A stretch of DNA of 63,639 nucleotides, counting the filler, from Pelomyxa schiedti (Eukaryota > Protista > Evosea): NCBI GenBank assembly GCA_020536535.1. It is 6 parts of 6 records of this genome, joined end to end, with 100 filler letters (N's around TTAATTAATTAA, not from the genome) between each part and the next. Parts side by side here need not be neighbours in the genome. Positions count along the whole stretch, not along the records: positions 20,284 to 40,420 come from JAHLWZ010001094.1; positions 40,521 to 57,555 come from JAHLWZ010000282.1; 4 more parts are not named here. One strand, written 5' to 3'. A program made the translations under genes and the position numbers. Of the stretch, positions 36,501 through 49,200 are shown one piece after another; position 1 is the first letter of the stretch, and each line of letters begins with the position of its first letter. Under the pieces are notes generated by a model that did no database searches, was not told the DNA's origin, and saw only the letters and a list, made by a program, of their open reading frames with translations.

Positions 36501-38679
36501 TGACTTTGTCCTCACCTCTCTAAGTTATGGGGCTACCTGAAATCTCACCCTCACAGCTTCCAATCTCTAGCAGACCTTCCTAGTGACGAATTCTTGTTTA
36601 GAGCAGGTTGTCTGGTTCAATTCAACAAAGATGTCTCCAAGCATATCAAAGAAATTGCTTTATACAAATTCTATAAAACAAAAAACACAACTGGGCACAT
36701 GTTAAAACAATTAAGTGGAATCCTGTTCTACGATGTGAAACAAAAGTATTTTGACTGGATATGTAGGTCTCAGCGGCAGGCCAGTGAACCTAGTATCTTA
36801 ACACAATTTCAGATAAGAAAATGCCACTAACACATACTGTAGAATCTCTCCACATTCGGCGATGTGGGTCCATCCCGTTAATATGCCAAGTACAATGCAC
36901 AAAGTCTTGAAGAAGTTCCTAACTTCACTCCACAGCTACAAAGACAATTTGATGAGGTTAAAGACTACCAACTACGACCACAAGGAATGCAAGAAGGATT
37001 TGAAGTCAAGATGGCGGGAGAAGTATTTATGATTTCCTTTTATTTAGACTTAGTCCAAAAGGGGGCAGAGGATGCGGGTGGCCCATACAGAGAGGCAATT
37101 TCTTCCATATGCAAGGAAGTTTCTGTACGAATACTATCAAGCTGAGCTATCTTACCTTTTTTTTTTTAGAATGCACCAGGCCCAGACTCTTTCTTCACTA
37201 GTGACTACGCAAAATTGTTACCTCTGTTCATCCTGTGTCCTAATGCAAAGTACTTCTTTGACGTTTTTCTCGATCGATTTAATCTCCTCTAGGCTTGAGG
37301 AAGAGCAAATGGGGATAGGTGAAAATCGGGACAAGTATATTCCGAATCCAAACGCCACTTCCCCAGAGCAGATCAAACTTTTCAATACTATTGGAAAACT
37401 CATGGGCATATGTTTGAGAGGTTCTTCTTCCATTCACACTCACACGACTCATTATTACCAGGGAACTCGCCAATGCCTCTAAACCTCGCAAATATTGTTT
37501 GGAAGCAAATCCTAGGCATTACACCTGATAAGAAAGATCTAAAGTCTATTGACCAATTTTGCTATCAGGTTTTCCTCGTAACAAATCTGCTCATTTTTAC
37601 ACAATTCGGTAGTGCCTGGCTGATATTAAGAAAGCTCAACTTAAGGGAATTACATCCGATACATTTAGTGACACGTTTTGTCTCGATTCATTTACTATAA
37701 CCCTCAGTGACGGAAGAGAAAAAGAACTTATCCCCAATGCCAAATCAACCCCTGTGACATGGGATAACCGTTTTGAGTGAGTACTTTGGTCTTACCATTT
37801 TTATTATAATCTCTCATAGCTTTGTGGAAAAAGCCATTGAGGCGAGACTTGGGGAATGTAAACCACAAATTGACGCGATTGTATCAGGGTTGAATTTTGT
37901 TGTGCCTCTCAAATCATTATCCTTGATTACCCCCAAGGAACTGGAGGTTCTCGTTCTCAATTATCATCACATCCCCATGTACTCAAATTTTTACAGATTA
38001 TTGTAACCGGATCGCATGAAATGCGTTATGAACAGGTCGTAGCCAGACTTAAAAACAAACGGTGTCCTGTGCAACAGTTTCAGTTCCTCAAACTTGCACT
38101 TTCCGAATTCACAAAAACTCAGCTTGGTCTATTTGTCAAGTAACTTCCCAAATTGTTGGCAACCAAGTCAGTCACGTCACGCCTAATGTTTCCTTTGGCA
38201 GGTTCATAAGTGGCCGGGAGATACTTCCAAGTGACCCGACCGTGCAACTGAATGTTGTGCAATATCACTGTGATGGTTCGTATTCACTCCCAGTCATACA
38301 ATAACAACAATCAATCAACACAACAAACCTTGTAAACTGCAACCCAACCACCACAGCAATTCCGCGCATCCCACAATCTCCAAACAACCGACTGACCAAC
38401 ACAACAAAACCTCCAGGAAACCCAGACCGGTGCCTGCCCAAGGCCAGCACGTGCTTCTACGAGCTCAAGCTCCCCGCGTACACGTCGGTCGACGCGACCA
38501 AAGACCGGCTCCTCTACGCCATCACAGCGTGCGCCGACATCGACGCCGACTTCACTGGCGACAGGAACGCCAACGGCGATGGAGATGACGACGGCGACGC
38601 GAGCAGCAGCGAAAACGACGACGACGAGGAGCCACCATCATCGAGCAGCGAACACGACGGCAGTGCCTCCTCGTCGTGA
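27543..38679 (+). CDS. Giant HECT E3 ubiquitin ligase with internal SPRY domain
   Basis: SPRY: FYFEVYL..VGFA..GDVVGCGW..IFFTANG..LWPVV. HECT: GAEDAGGPYRE, YIPNP, IGKLMGICLR, LPKASTCFYELKLPAYTS..LLYAI..IDAD. Acidic tail; TGA 38677-38679. Confidence 0.9.
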
Positions 38680-39129
38680 AACAGGTGCTACTACCTGCGG
38701 ATTTTGAAAAAAATTTGAAAACAGCTTGCTCCAAAGAAATAAACAAAAAAAAAAAAAAAAAAACACAGGAAAAAAAAAAGCATTGGGTTCAACTCTCTCG
38801 ACGATTTGTATGCTGCCATAAGAAACCATACCGCTGAGGTTGACAAAAGTTATCGTATGCCTCTCGACTGAACGCAGGGTTTCCTCTTCCAGCCACTGCC
38901 CCGGCCCCAACAGATTGCCCTGGGTACATCCAGCTTGCCGTACCAACACCCACCAGAGCTGAAAGAATCAGGAATGTTTTTGTTTTAGTCGGGGCTTTTA
39001 CCCCCCCACAGACGGGGTTCGATTCCGGCCAAACCAATTTTTTTTTTTCAAATTTGCACCAATCTGCGAGGCATCCCAGCTCTGGAACCCACGTTGGGTT
39101 GAAACATTTTTTTCTCGAACTTCAAGCTG

Positions 39130-40082
39130 ATGAGCGGTGACGAGAACGTGAGTTACAGCGATTGCAGTCGTAGTAGTGGTAGCAGTAGCGACAGGAAAGA
39201 CTCCAACCACGGGCCGCACAAGCGGTCTGGAAAAAAGACAGTAGGGCGACGAAAAAGTCTAGGGTAGAGGCAGCAGAGTACAAGGCAAAGAGAGCGGCAG
39301 AGAAGGCAAGGAGCTACAAGGCGAAGGCAAGGAGGTACAAGGCAAAGGCAAAGCGTTACAAGGCGGAGGCAAAGAGAAAGGCAGCAGAGGACAATCCGAG
39401 AAAGGTTACCGAGGCAGAGGCAGAGGCAAATGCAGATGCAAAGGCACAAGCAGAAGCAGAAGAGGAAGAGGCAGAGGCAGATGCCGGCACGGATGCAGAT
39501 GCAGATGCAGATGCAAATATAAATGCAAAGGCAAAAGCAGAAGCAGAAGAGGCAGAGGTAGTTGCAGGCCCAGATGCAAAGGCAAAGGCAAAAGCGAGTC
39601 ACAATATAAGCACCCCATCAAAGACCCAGGTACCATTCCTGCCTGCCTGTACCGCAACCACACAGGTTCAGAAGGCACCATGCAACAACAACAACCAGGA
39701 GAAAACAGAGACAAAGACAAAGACAGTGGACCTTGAGCCATTATCAGGGATTGACGAGCAGGAGGAGCAGAAGTCTGCTGCCAAAGTGACACCAGCTAGG
39801 AATGATGGCTCTGAGTCGCTCTCGGCCATATCTGCCACACCTACCACATCAACACCAGGTGACAATGACACTCCGAGCAAATCACCCACTGATGTATTCC
39901 CATTTCCCATACAACTGCCAGCCCATCTCATTGAGAAAATCAACTCCAGATACCGCAAACCTCACCAAGATGAGTAAATAATTCAATTTTCTTGTTGTTC
40001 TCACCAATCTTTTTGCCGAATTTTTATTTTTCTTCATTTCCCCAGACTTCCTGATGGGAGTCCCTGCCGTGGCTGTGTTTGA
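39130..40082 (+). CDS. Low-complexity Ala/Glu/Lys-rich protein (needs an intron or -1 shift near the 5' end)
   Basis: Long open + frame from ~39190 (YKAK repeats, AEAEA/DADAD repeats) to ~39975, then a GT-AG intron and a short last exon. Confidence 0.5.
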
Positions 40083-40520
40083 TGAGAATGTGCCCACCTT
40101 GTGGGGTGCAGGTGATTTAGGAAGATGCCCAAACGATCTTCCTGAACTGTCGCGCCCCTCCTGAGAAAAGGGTCAAATGACATTTTACTGTGAAACTGTC
40201 AGTCGGGGATCAGATCAGAAAAAAAAAACGCGTTTTGTCGGGGTTGATTTAACCTCTTACAGGAGGTATGGCCCCCTATTTTGGGTACGCATGGGGTTAA
40301 AAAGGACGGACAACAGAGGTTATGAGAATCCCGCTGTAAAGTAACAACGAAAAGCCCTGGGATCGAAAAACACAGTTTTTCGCGGGTGGGTCAGCGAATG
40401 GGCCCACTAGAAGACCCAGTNNNNNNNNNNNNNNNNNNNNNNNNNNNNNNNNNNNNNNNNNNNNTTAATTAATTAANNNNNNNNNNNNNNNNNNNNNNNN
40501 NNNNNNNNNNNNNNNNNNNN

Positions 40521-40836
40521 CCAGCTGGCACTCAATGTCATCCGGGAATCCATCGCCCCCCGCATGTTCATAGCTTTTCGCGTCCTCGCGTGTCGGTTCG
40601 TCGTCGTCACTCGTCGCCGCGAGCGAAACGGTGGGTGCCGACGAGGACCGTCGTCGCCGCCGTGAGAAGGCGAGCGTGAGGGTCGTCTCGGCCAGGAACC
40701 ACGCTACCCGAGTTTTGACAGACACGCTCCGTGGTGGTATGTTGCCCAGTACACTGCTCGACGAGGCCGAGCACGCCCGCAGCGAAAACAGCCCACCGTC
40801 ACTACCGCACCCAGTGTGTTGGTTACTGGCGTCCAT
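40521..40836 (-). CDS. First exon of a second VIT-domain gene copy (truncated by contig end)
   Basis: Near-identical to 51349-51664 (MDASNQ.TGCGSDGG..DIECQL). Confidence 0.75.
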
Positions 40837-41000
40837 TTGTTGTTGAAATGGTTCAACGTCCTGGTTTTGGATCTTAAAGGTTCTTCTCGGAACCAAATAA
40901 TATTTAATTATTTTTCAGATGACGAGAAAGACAGACCCAACTTGGGGAAAACGCAAACGCGCGAGTGCGCTAGAAATACTTGTGGGTTTTTTTAATTTGC

Positions 41001-41616
41001 TTAGACAGCAGAGCAACCCTTGGGGTAGGCGGCGTCGGTGGAAATACCGCACTGGTTCTTGCCAATGCACATGCGGAAGTACCCGCCCTCGCCCCATGAT
41101 GTTCCCCAGCTGTTCTTGATCTTGTATGACTGCTCGGCAGTGTTGAGGCCAATCAGAAGAACGGCGTGATCAAGGGATGATGTGGAGCATGCGTCTGGGC
41201 ACCAGATTCCTCCAGTGTAGGGTCTGTAAAGAAAGGGTTAGAATACGGCGAGAAACGAGGCAAAGCCATACGAGAGAAGGCGGGCATCAATGGCAACAGC
41301 AATTGGCTGTGTGAGAAGGGCACTTTGAAGCGCGCTGTCGGATCCCTTGGTGACCTCGACGTATGATGCGATCTTGGTGACCATTGTCTCCTTAGTAACA
41401 CAGGCCTTGGTATCAACAGCAGTATAGGGATAGGCTTCCTCAGTTGGGAGACCGGATTCAGCGCACTTGAAGGCTCCCACAATTGTACCGCCAGTGCATC
41501 CGCTGCAGCAGAGGCCAGTGCAGCAGTCGACGAGGTCTTGTTCAGAGAGGGAAATGAGCTGCTTGTCTCCGAGGATGTTTCGGCAGGCCTCAATTGCGCC
41601 AATGGAGCCGAATGTC
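41001..41616 (-). CDS. Papain-family (C1A) cysteine protease, 3' part, paralog/allele
   Basis: TFGSIGAIE..SEQDLVDC..DHAVLLIG..KNSWGTSWGEGGY..CGISTDAAYP; 5' part lost in N gap 41617-41716. Confidence 0.9.
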
Positions 41617-41716
41617 NNNNNNNNNNNNNNNNNNNNNNNNNNNNNNNNNNNNNNNNNNNNNNNNNNNNNNNNNNNNNNNNNNNNNNNNNNNNNNNNNNNN
41701 NNNNNNNNNNNNNNNN

Positions 41717-43416
41717 ACAAGAATGACCTTTAATTGAATGGGGTGTCTCTGAAGCTGATACTGGCTGAAGGTATCCAGCAGGAATACAGCAGAATCTGAC
41801 CACTGGTTACTGAATAAATGTGAAATGGCATCCCCGAAGGAGCTCTCTTTCAAACTCAAAGGTTGTGGGAGGTGATGGATGAGCCACGCCAAACCGTTCA
41901 AAAGAGGCGAACTATAGACAGAGCACAACTCAGTCAGTATGCTTTCAACGCAACCTGGTTTGGAATTGATGTGATCCATGACGTGGAAGGTGACATCCAA
42001 CCACTCTGCCACATCAGTGTTGCTCTTCTCCAGTGCTTTTTTCAGGCCTTTGGTGATGTCACTTGGTGTGAGTGTCACCCTCGTTGAAAGCCACTTGGCA
42101 AGTGATGAGGACGAAGAAGGACCACTTGATTTACAAGCCAATACAAATGATTCAGGAGTTGGTGCAAGTTTCTTCACAGTCACCAACCACTGAGCAAACT
42201 CCACGTTTCCAAGGTTTCCACAGAGACTGTTCAAAGTATCCTGACTTGGATTGAGGGGCAAAGTTGTCAGAACCCACTTGGCAACATCTGCATTCCTAAT
42301 CTCTTTCAAGATCACATCACTTTCTCCCAACACACTTCGAATATCAGCTTCAAAATATTGGCAATCTTCCACAGATGCATGTGCGTTCCTGAGCAGTGAG
42401 TGCACAGTTTCCTCCTTGTCAATAGGAACAGTACATTTCTTCTCAATGAACCACCTCGAATCTCCAGGGGAGTCGCCTCTCAAACACCACATCAACAAAT
42501 CCTCAAGTGTCGAGGTGTCCAGCCTTTCCTGCAAATCAAACTCATCAAACAACCACTTGACCACTTTGCTTTTCCCGTTCCACAGAGGAACCCACAGAGA
42601 TTGGCACAGAAACCAAGGGGCATCCTCCCACCCAATCCCAAGAACAGAGAGCAGCCACTTGGCCAGCTCCACGTTTTCAGACTCACACACGTTCCCGAGA
42701 ATCGAGTGCTTTGACTCGCACGACGCCCTCACATACTCAATCACCTTCCTCCTAAGCTCCCCACCGCCGCCGCCGCCGCCGCAATCAGTGACATCATCGA
42801 CATAGCCATCAGCTGCCATCCACCTCGTGGCCACGCGCCGACCATCCCACAGAATCGGCAGCGTGCCTCTGCTGCTGTCCCCATCGTAATCACCCCCCAT
42901 CAGCGAGCGAGCGGCCTGCACGTGGCCCCCCATGCACAGGCCCGAGAGCGTCGCCACCACCTCCTTCACTGCCAGATTCTGCCCCCGAATTTGGTCTTGC
43001 CGCTGCCGCTGGTTCCAACGCACCTGACTCGCAGAGATGATGATGGCGGCGGCGGCGGTTGTTGTTGGTTGTTCCCTGTGGTTGGAGATCCACGCGATGC
43101 ACGAGGGGGCGGGGGCCCGGGCCGCGAGCGTGATGACGCCGTGCTTGGACCCTGGGTCGTTGCCCTTGAGCGTGCGGGGGAGCGCGAGGACCCGGCGGCA
43201 GGCGAGGGCCACGAGGGGGAACATCGCCTCGGCCACCGAGAACACGTCGACTTGGCCGCAGCACCAATAGCTGTTGGCGAGCGAGTCGAGCCAGCCGGGG
43301 GCCACCACCATGTCCCACACAACTCGCGAGAGGGCCACCACGCGATCGCGCGCCACACAACGTTGGTGGTCGAGGTCGTAAGATACTCGCTGCGTCGTTG
43401 TGCCTGTTGATGACAT
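41717..43416 (-). CDS. 'SRVVWD'-family ankyrin-like protein, copy B (3' end in gap)
   Basis: Intronless ORF MSSTGTTT..VVALSRVVWDMVVAPGWLD..GNVEFAQWL. Confidence 0.8.
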
Positions 43417-43474
43417 CGAATCGTTTCTTGGCGAAAAGAGAAGAGATTGATAAGCTCCATGTTCCGTCACAAAA

Positions 43475-45352
43475 GGCTGTGGAGAGGTTGAACTTTCGAA
43501 TCACCCACTTCACAACTTTGCTGCTGGGGTGCTCGTAAGGGATGTCTGTGGTCAAGCACTGGCCCACGAACTCTGGTGTCAACACCAACGAGGAATCCAC
43601 ACCAAGACACTGAATGACGTGCTGAAGAGCTCCAAGGTCACTCTTCATCAGCCCAACAAGAATTGGCTTAAATTGAATGGGGTTTCTCTGGGGCTGGTAC
43701 TGGGTGAAGGTGTCAAGCAGGAATACAACAGCATCTGACCACTGGTTACTGAATAAATGTGAAATGGCATCCCCGAAGGAGCTCTCTTTCAAACTCAAAG
43801 GTTGTGGGAGGTGCTGTACAAACCACTTCAACCCCGCAAGTGATGGAATATAACCAGAGAGCAACTCAGTCAGTGTGCTCTCAGAACAACCTGGTTTGGA
43901 ATTGATGTAATCCATCACATGGAAGGTGACATCCAACCACTCGGCAACTTCAATGTTGCTTTTCAGCAGTGCATTGATCAGGCCTTTGGTGATGTCACTT
44001 TGTGTGAGTGTCACCCTCGTTGAAAGCAATTTGGAAAGGTGACATCCAAGTGATGAAGAAGAACAAGCCAATATAAATGATTCAGGAGTTGGTGTAAATT
44101 TCTTCTCAGTCATCAACCACTGAGCAAACTCCACGTTTCCAAGGTTTCCACAGAGATAGCTCAAAGTCTCCTGACTTGGACTGAGGGACAAAGTTGTCAG
44201 CACCCACTTGGCAACATCTGGATTGTGTATATCTTTCAGGAGGTAGTCGTCGACACCAACACTTTGAATATCAGCTTCAAAATATTGGCAATCTTCCACA
44301 GATGCATGTTCGTTCCTGAGCAGTAACTCTATGGTTTTCTCCTGTGCGGGTAAAGGAAATTTCTTCTCAATGAACCACCTTGAATCTCCAGGGGAATTAC
44401 CTCTCAAACACCACTCAGTCAACTCCTTGAGGTTTGAGGGGTCCAGACTTGCCTCCAAGTGAAACTCATCGAGCAACCACTTGACAACTTTGCTTTTCCC
44501 ACGATTAACAGGAGGCCACAGGGAATTGCACCGAATCCAAGGAACATCCTTCCTGCCAATCCCAATAACAGAGAAAAACCACCTGGCCAGCTCCACGTCG
44601 TCAGACTCACACACGTAGTCGATAATCGGGTACTTTGACCCACACGACGCCCTCACATACTCAATCACCCACCTCCTAAGCACCCCACCGCCGCCACCTC
44701 CTCCCACAAGTCTGCTTCCACCCATGCAATCCCCTACATCACCGTCACCACCACCATCATCGGCGGCCTTCCACCTCGTTGGCACACACCGACCATCCCA
44801 CAGCATCGGCAGCGTGCCTGTGCTTCTGTGTTCGCCGCCGCCGCCGTCGTCACGGCCACCACACCCTTCGCAGTCGTCGTGGGCCCCCAGCAGCGATCGC
44901 GCCTCCTGCACGTGGCACCCCACGCACAACCCAGCCAACGTCGCGGCCACCTCCTTCACTGCAATCACCATCGGGCTATTTTGCCGGGTTGTGTTTGTTG
45001 TTGGTTGTTCCCTGTGGTTGGAGATCCACGCGATGCACGAGGGGGCGGGGGCCCGTGCCGCGAGCGTGATGACGCCGTACGTGGACCCTGGGTCGTTGCC
45101 CTTGAGCGTGCGGGGGAGCGCGAGGACCCGGCGGCAGGCGAGGGCCACGAGGGGGAACATCGCCTCGGCCACTGAGAACACGTCGACGTAGAGCCGCTCG
45201 TTGGTGGCGGCGTCGGTGCGCGGTGCGGCGTCGAGCCAGCCGGGGGCCACCACCATGTCCCACACAACTCGCGAGAGGGACACCACGCGATCGCAGGCAA
45301 CTTGGCGTTGGCCCTCGTTGGTCACCGGGTGTGCTGTTCCTGTTGTTGCCAT
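43475..45352 (-). CDS. 'SRVVWD'-family ankyrin-like protein, copy A (C-terminally truncated, no own stop before copy B)
   Basis: MATTGTAH..VVSLSRVVWDMVVAPGWLD..KVVKWVIRKFNL; homology to copy 1 ends about 90 aa early, and the frame runs on into copy B out of frame. Confidence 0.75.
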
Positions 45353-46052
45353 CAGCACTTCGGAAGAAAATGGGATTGGTCGTCCTTGTGCCCTTATCTG
45401 TGTTGGTTGTCGAGCTTGGCAAACAACTCTACATCTGTCCACAAGACCAAGTACTTTGTGCGGAGGTCGTGAAGAGGCGGGAGGAGGTGGTGTTGACATA
45501 CTTGGAGGAAAAAAAGTTTCAGTGATGAAAACAAAAAACCCATAAGTTGGGGGTGGGGAGGAGGGTACAAAAAGCGCGGGGGCAGACGAGAAATAAAACT
45601 TCACCCGTTTATTTTTTTGCGGGGTGCGAAGCAGCCTGCGTTACCCGGCGTTACCCGTTGCTACCCGCGTGCTTCGGCTAGCATGGCTAGCGTGGCTGGC
45701 GTTGTTGCTTCGTATTGTTTTTTTATCTTTCCATTTTTTTCCTGGCCACACTCATTGTGGGCCACTGTGACAACCTCATTGGTGTCACAAGGAAAAAAAA
45801 GGTCAGAGAAAAAAAGTTGCCCACTCCACTGGAGGGTGCAGCATTTTAAATTAAAGAGAAAAATGTTGTGTGTGTAACGTGCTAAGGATGATGCCTTTTT
45901 TAAGGTGTCTATTTATTTAAACAAAAAAAAAAGTGTAGAAGGGGGAGGAGTGACGGGGGCTAGAGATCGACAGTGACGCAACAACCGCGGTTCGCGACAG
46001 TTTTGAGGTCTCTGAGTGTGTTTTTAATATTGCCGCGCAAGTGACTTTGGGC

Positions 46053-46172
46053 GTTGTTGGTTGTTCCCTGTGGTTGGAGATCCACGGCCCGTGCCGCGAG
46101 CGTGATGACGCCGTACGTGGACCCTGGGTCGTTGCCCTTGACTGTGCGTGGGGGCGACGAGGGGGAACATCG
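46053..46172 (-). pseudogene. ~120-bp internally deleted fragment of SRVVWD copy A
   Basis: Matches ~44997-45162 (KGNDPGSTYGVITLAAR, WISNHREQPT) with copy-A-specific bases and short deletions. Confidence 0.8.
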
Positions 46173-46298
46173 GACACGCGCAACCAAACGTTGGAAGTAG
46201 GCGATGGAACTTTAGCGGATCTAATACTACCAAGTTGGTCGACAGTATTAGGTTTGCTGTGGATCCGCCCCACAAAAACAACACTACAGTTACAGCAG

Positions 46299-49200
46299 TC
46301 AGGGGGCAGAAACGATGATTGTGCCGGCCACGGCAGTGGGAGCTGCGGGTGTGAGGAACAGGGTGGAATTGGCCAGAGTGCACTGAATGCCAGGCCGGCA
46401 GAAGTTGGAGTAGATAATTACGTTACACACCACGACTCCCCTGTGATTTTGTTTGTTGTTTCAAGTTTATTTGGTTTGTTTGTTTTGTTTTAGTTAGTTT
46501 ATGTTAGCAGGCGAAGGTGGTGCATACTTATCATTTGGAGTGTGATGTAGCTTCACTTGGACATTGTAGGGGCCCGGCGGTGCCTTTTTTATCTGAAGAG
46601 GTTACTTCACTTCACCAGTTAGAGCCGCAAAACATAACATACCAAATATTCCGTGGGTCCATACCCTCCAGTAAAGTTTCGCGAAAGAAGACCTGTTTAA
46701 TATGAGGAAGGAATGATATGGAGAGGTGCTAACCCCCGAATCTGGTGTGATTGTTGAAACTGTAGCAAGTTTCTCCAGAAGGCTCCGTGATTATAAGGTC
46801 AACATCTTGACTAATATATTAGTTTCCTACAGGCCGGCGAGAAATCATGTTTGTTTACCTGCTAAGTTAGTGTCCCAGGTCAGCACACAGCGGAGATCAA
46901 CACCAAGTGGTGAAATTATGCGGGCATCGAAATTGGGCCTGAGTTGTGGCAACAACCTGGAAAGTTTTGTGGGTACAGGCAAAAGATCATAATGCCATTA
47001 CCCTTGAGATTCAGCTTCAGCCAGTATAGAATTCAATTCCTTTAAACAGTCAATCGTGGACACTACAGATACAGCAACGTGCCATTATTGCCACAAGTTC
47101 AACTTGCTCAAATCGGATATCCCAGTGTCTTTTTAGCACTTCATTCAGCAACTCCAGTGCCCGTTTCAGGGAGTCTTTGTACTATTTAGAAGGAAAACCA
47201 GTGGAACTGAATGGTACCAATCGTGTCGACATATGTGAGGGCGCATGCAAGGTCTAGGTATGACTAGAGGTGTTTTAGTCAATACCAGAAAATCGGGGAA
47301 CAACCTGTGGTTCCTCTGGTCTGCTTTTCAGTATTTCTTCAAGAAGGAAGATAGCGGTTCTACTTTCAGTTAGGTGCATGGGAATAAGAAAAAAGTACAC
47401 ACCGGAGACAGCCCATTTGCAGCAAAATTTTGCACATTAATCTCACTGTTGAGGGCTTGGTGTGAATAAAAACTTCAGAAACATTGCTCAGAGCACAGAG
47501 TGCCATCTGCTTCTTGAGTTTCGTGCTTCCACTCGCAAGAACTATGCCTGCTTGAAGACACAAGGAGGAATATTTCTCTTCTGTAATATGTTCCGAAGGC
47601 AACCCAGCAAACTTTCTGAATTCCTCAGAAAAAGTGTCTGTGCTTCCTTGAAATCACATAGGACATTACAGGATCATACCTTCAGGGCAATAGAGGAGCC
47701 GAGAGAGTTGGGTGATGTAGCTTGGTGAAGCGGGTGAGAATTTGAATGCTGCTGAGATTGCTGGAAGTGCTGGTTTTCGGGGAAGTGCCACTAAAGAAGT
47801 TGAATGTATAGAACCGGTTTGGGGTTGTTGAAGAGAGAGTTCTTGGAAACGCGGGTGGAGAGAAATTACTGGAATCATGGAAAGGGCCTGAACAGGGATC
47901 AACGGGGCAACGAGACTTTCTCCTGCTTGGGGTTGAACTGGGAGAGCTGGAGTAATAGTGGGAGCTTCAGCATTCCCTTCAGTTCGAGGATGGTCAGGTT
48001 TTGATGGTTCCGGTGGAGCTAGTTTCTGTTCTACTGGCTTACTGTCAGGAACAGATGTACTTTCACTGGAAGGCAGAGCTTCCTCCCCCCTAGAACGACT
48101 TGGAGTTACGTCAATACGAGGCTCTTGTTTGACTTCCTAAAGATCGATGAGATTCTATTGAGAAAAGATACTCTTACTGGTGTAGAAAAAGCCACACCCC
48201 CGGCACCATAGGGACTTTCAGCATATCCACCTCCAAAACACTTTCGATGAACGATGGAAGGTCCTGATTCATCATACCTACAAGCGATTAGGAATTCACG
48301 TGATTTGAGTTGACAAACTCCTCTTTTGACTGCCAAGGAAGCATGAACCCCAAATTTAACTTCCTCAGGCCTGTTGTCTCCTCCTAAAAAGAGTTATGGC
48401 TCTAAACGCTTTCCCTAAAGGAGTGATACATTTATTTCCAGTGCGGAATTGGTTACCCATAGCCTTCCTTCAAGATTGATTTTGATGTTTTCTTTTACCA
48501 TCTTGCCCTCTCTATCAACGATTACGTTGGAACTTGTATCATCTGGTCTTCTTTGTAGTCCCCTTTGCTGTTGTTGTTGCTGCTGGTAATACTGACCATC
48601 ACTGAAAAAGCTCTTATTCTGAATTTCATGCTGTGTCTCTGAAGAAGTGATTTTTCAATCGATGTCTTATCATTAGAATGAATCTGGTTGAACCTGCATT
48701 CAAAAAAGAGCGATCATTTGCTGACAACAGGTGACCAATATATTTTGTGAGATGCTTAGGGGCAGCTTTCATTCCAGGTCTCGGGGCGTTCTGCGGGGGA
48801 GATGGTCTAGCTGCTTGTTCCTCAGGGCTTGGTTCAATCTTGGCCTCTACGGGAGTATCAGCATTTGCAAGATCCGCCTTCATTTGTTAGGATAGTTCAG
48901 CAAAGTAAATGTTGGTGAACCGAGGTTTTTGAGGTATCTTTTTCAAGTTCCACAAAATTCATATCCGGTTGTTGCTTAAGAATTCGTTAGCTATTTCTTT
49001 TCTCCCCACTGAGAGAGTACTGGAGTGGAGCCGTCGTAGGATGTATTCCACCAAGATAGCCGGCGCCTCCACATTTGATAAGTTCGATATGATTTCAAGT
49101 TACTTTTTTCTTCTTCTTCAGCCTAAGTGAAAATTACTCCCAGGAGGTTAAATGGAACCCCACTCGCTGCTTAGCAATTTGAATTAAATACTCTCTTTTC

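Noticed and set aside
39010-39030. GGTTCGATTCC (tRNA T-loop/B-box)
   Set aside because: No T-stem beyond 2 bp and no cloverleaf upstream.
39153-39792. Minus-strand Cys/Leu- and Leu/Pro/His-rich ORFs; also the GVGVG ORF at 12196-12501
   Set aside because: Antisense shadows of plus-strand low-complexity repeats.
42890-45604. 904-aa ORF as a single protein
   Set aside because: The 5' part is upstream sequence and the 3' ~190 aa are an out-of-frame read of copy B.
45640-45700. Short tandem motifs (ttacccg x3, ggctagc x2-3) upstream of copy A
   Set aside because: Too short, and not seen upstream of the other family members; cannot be supported as regulatory.
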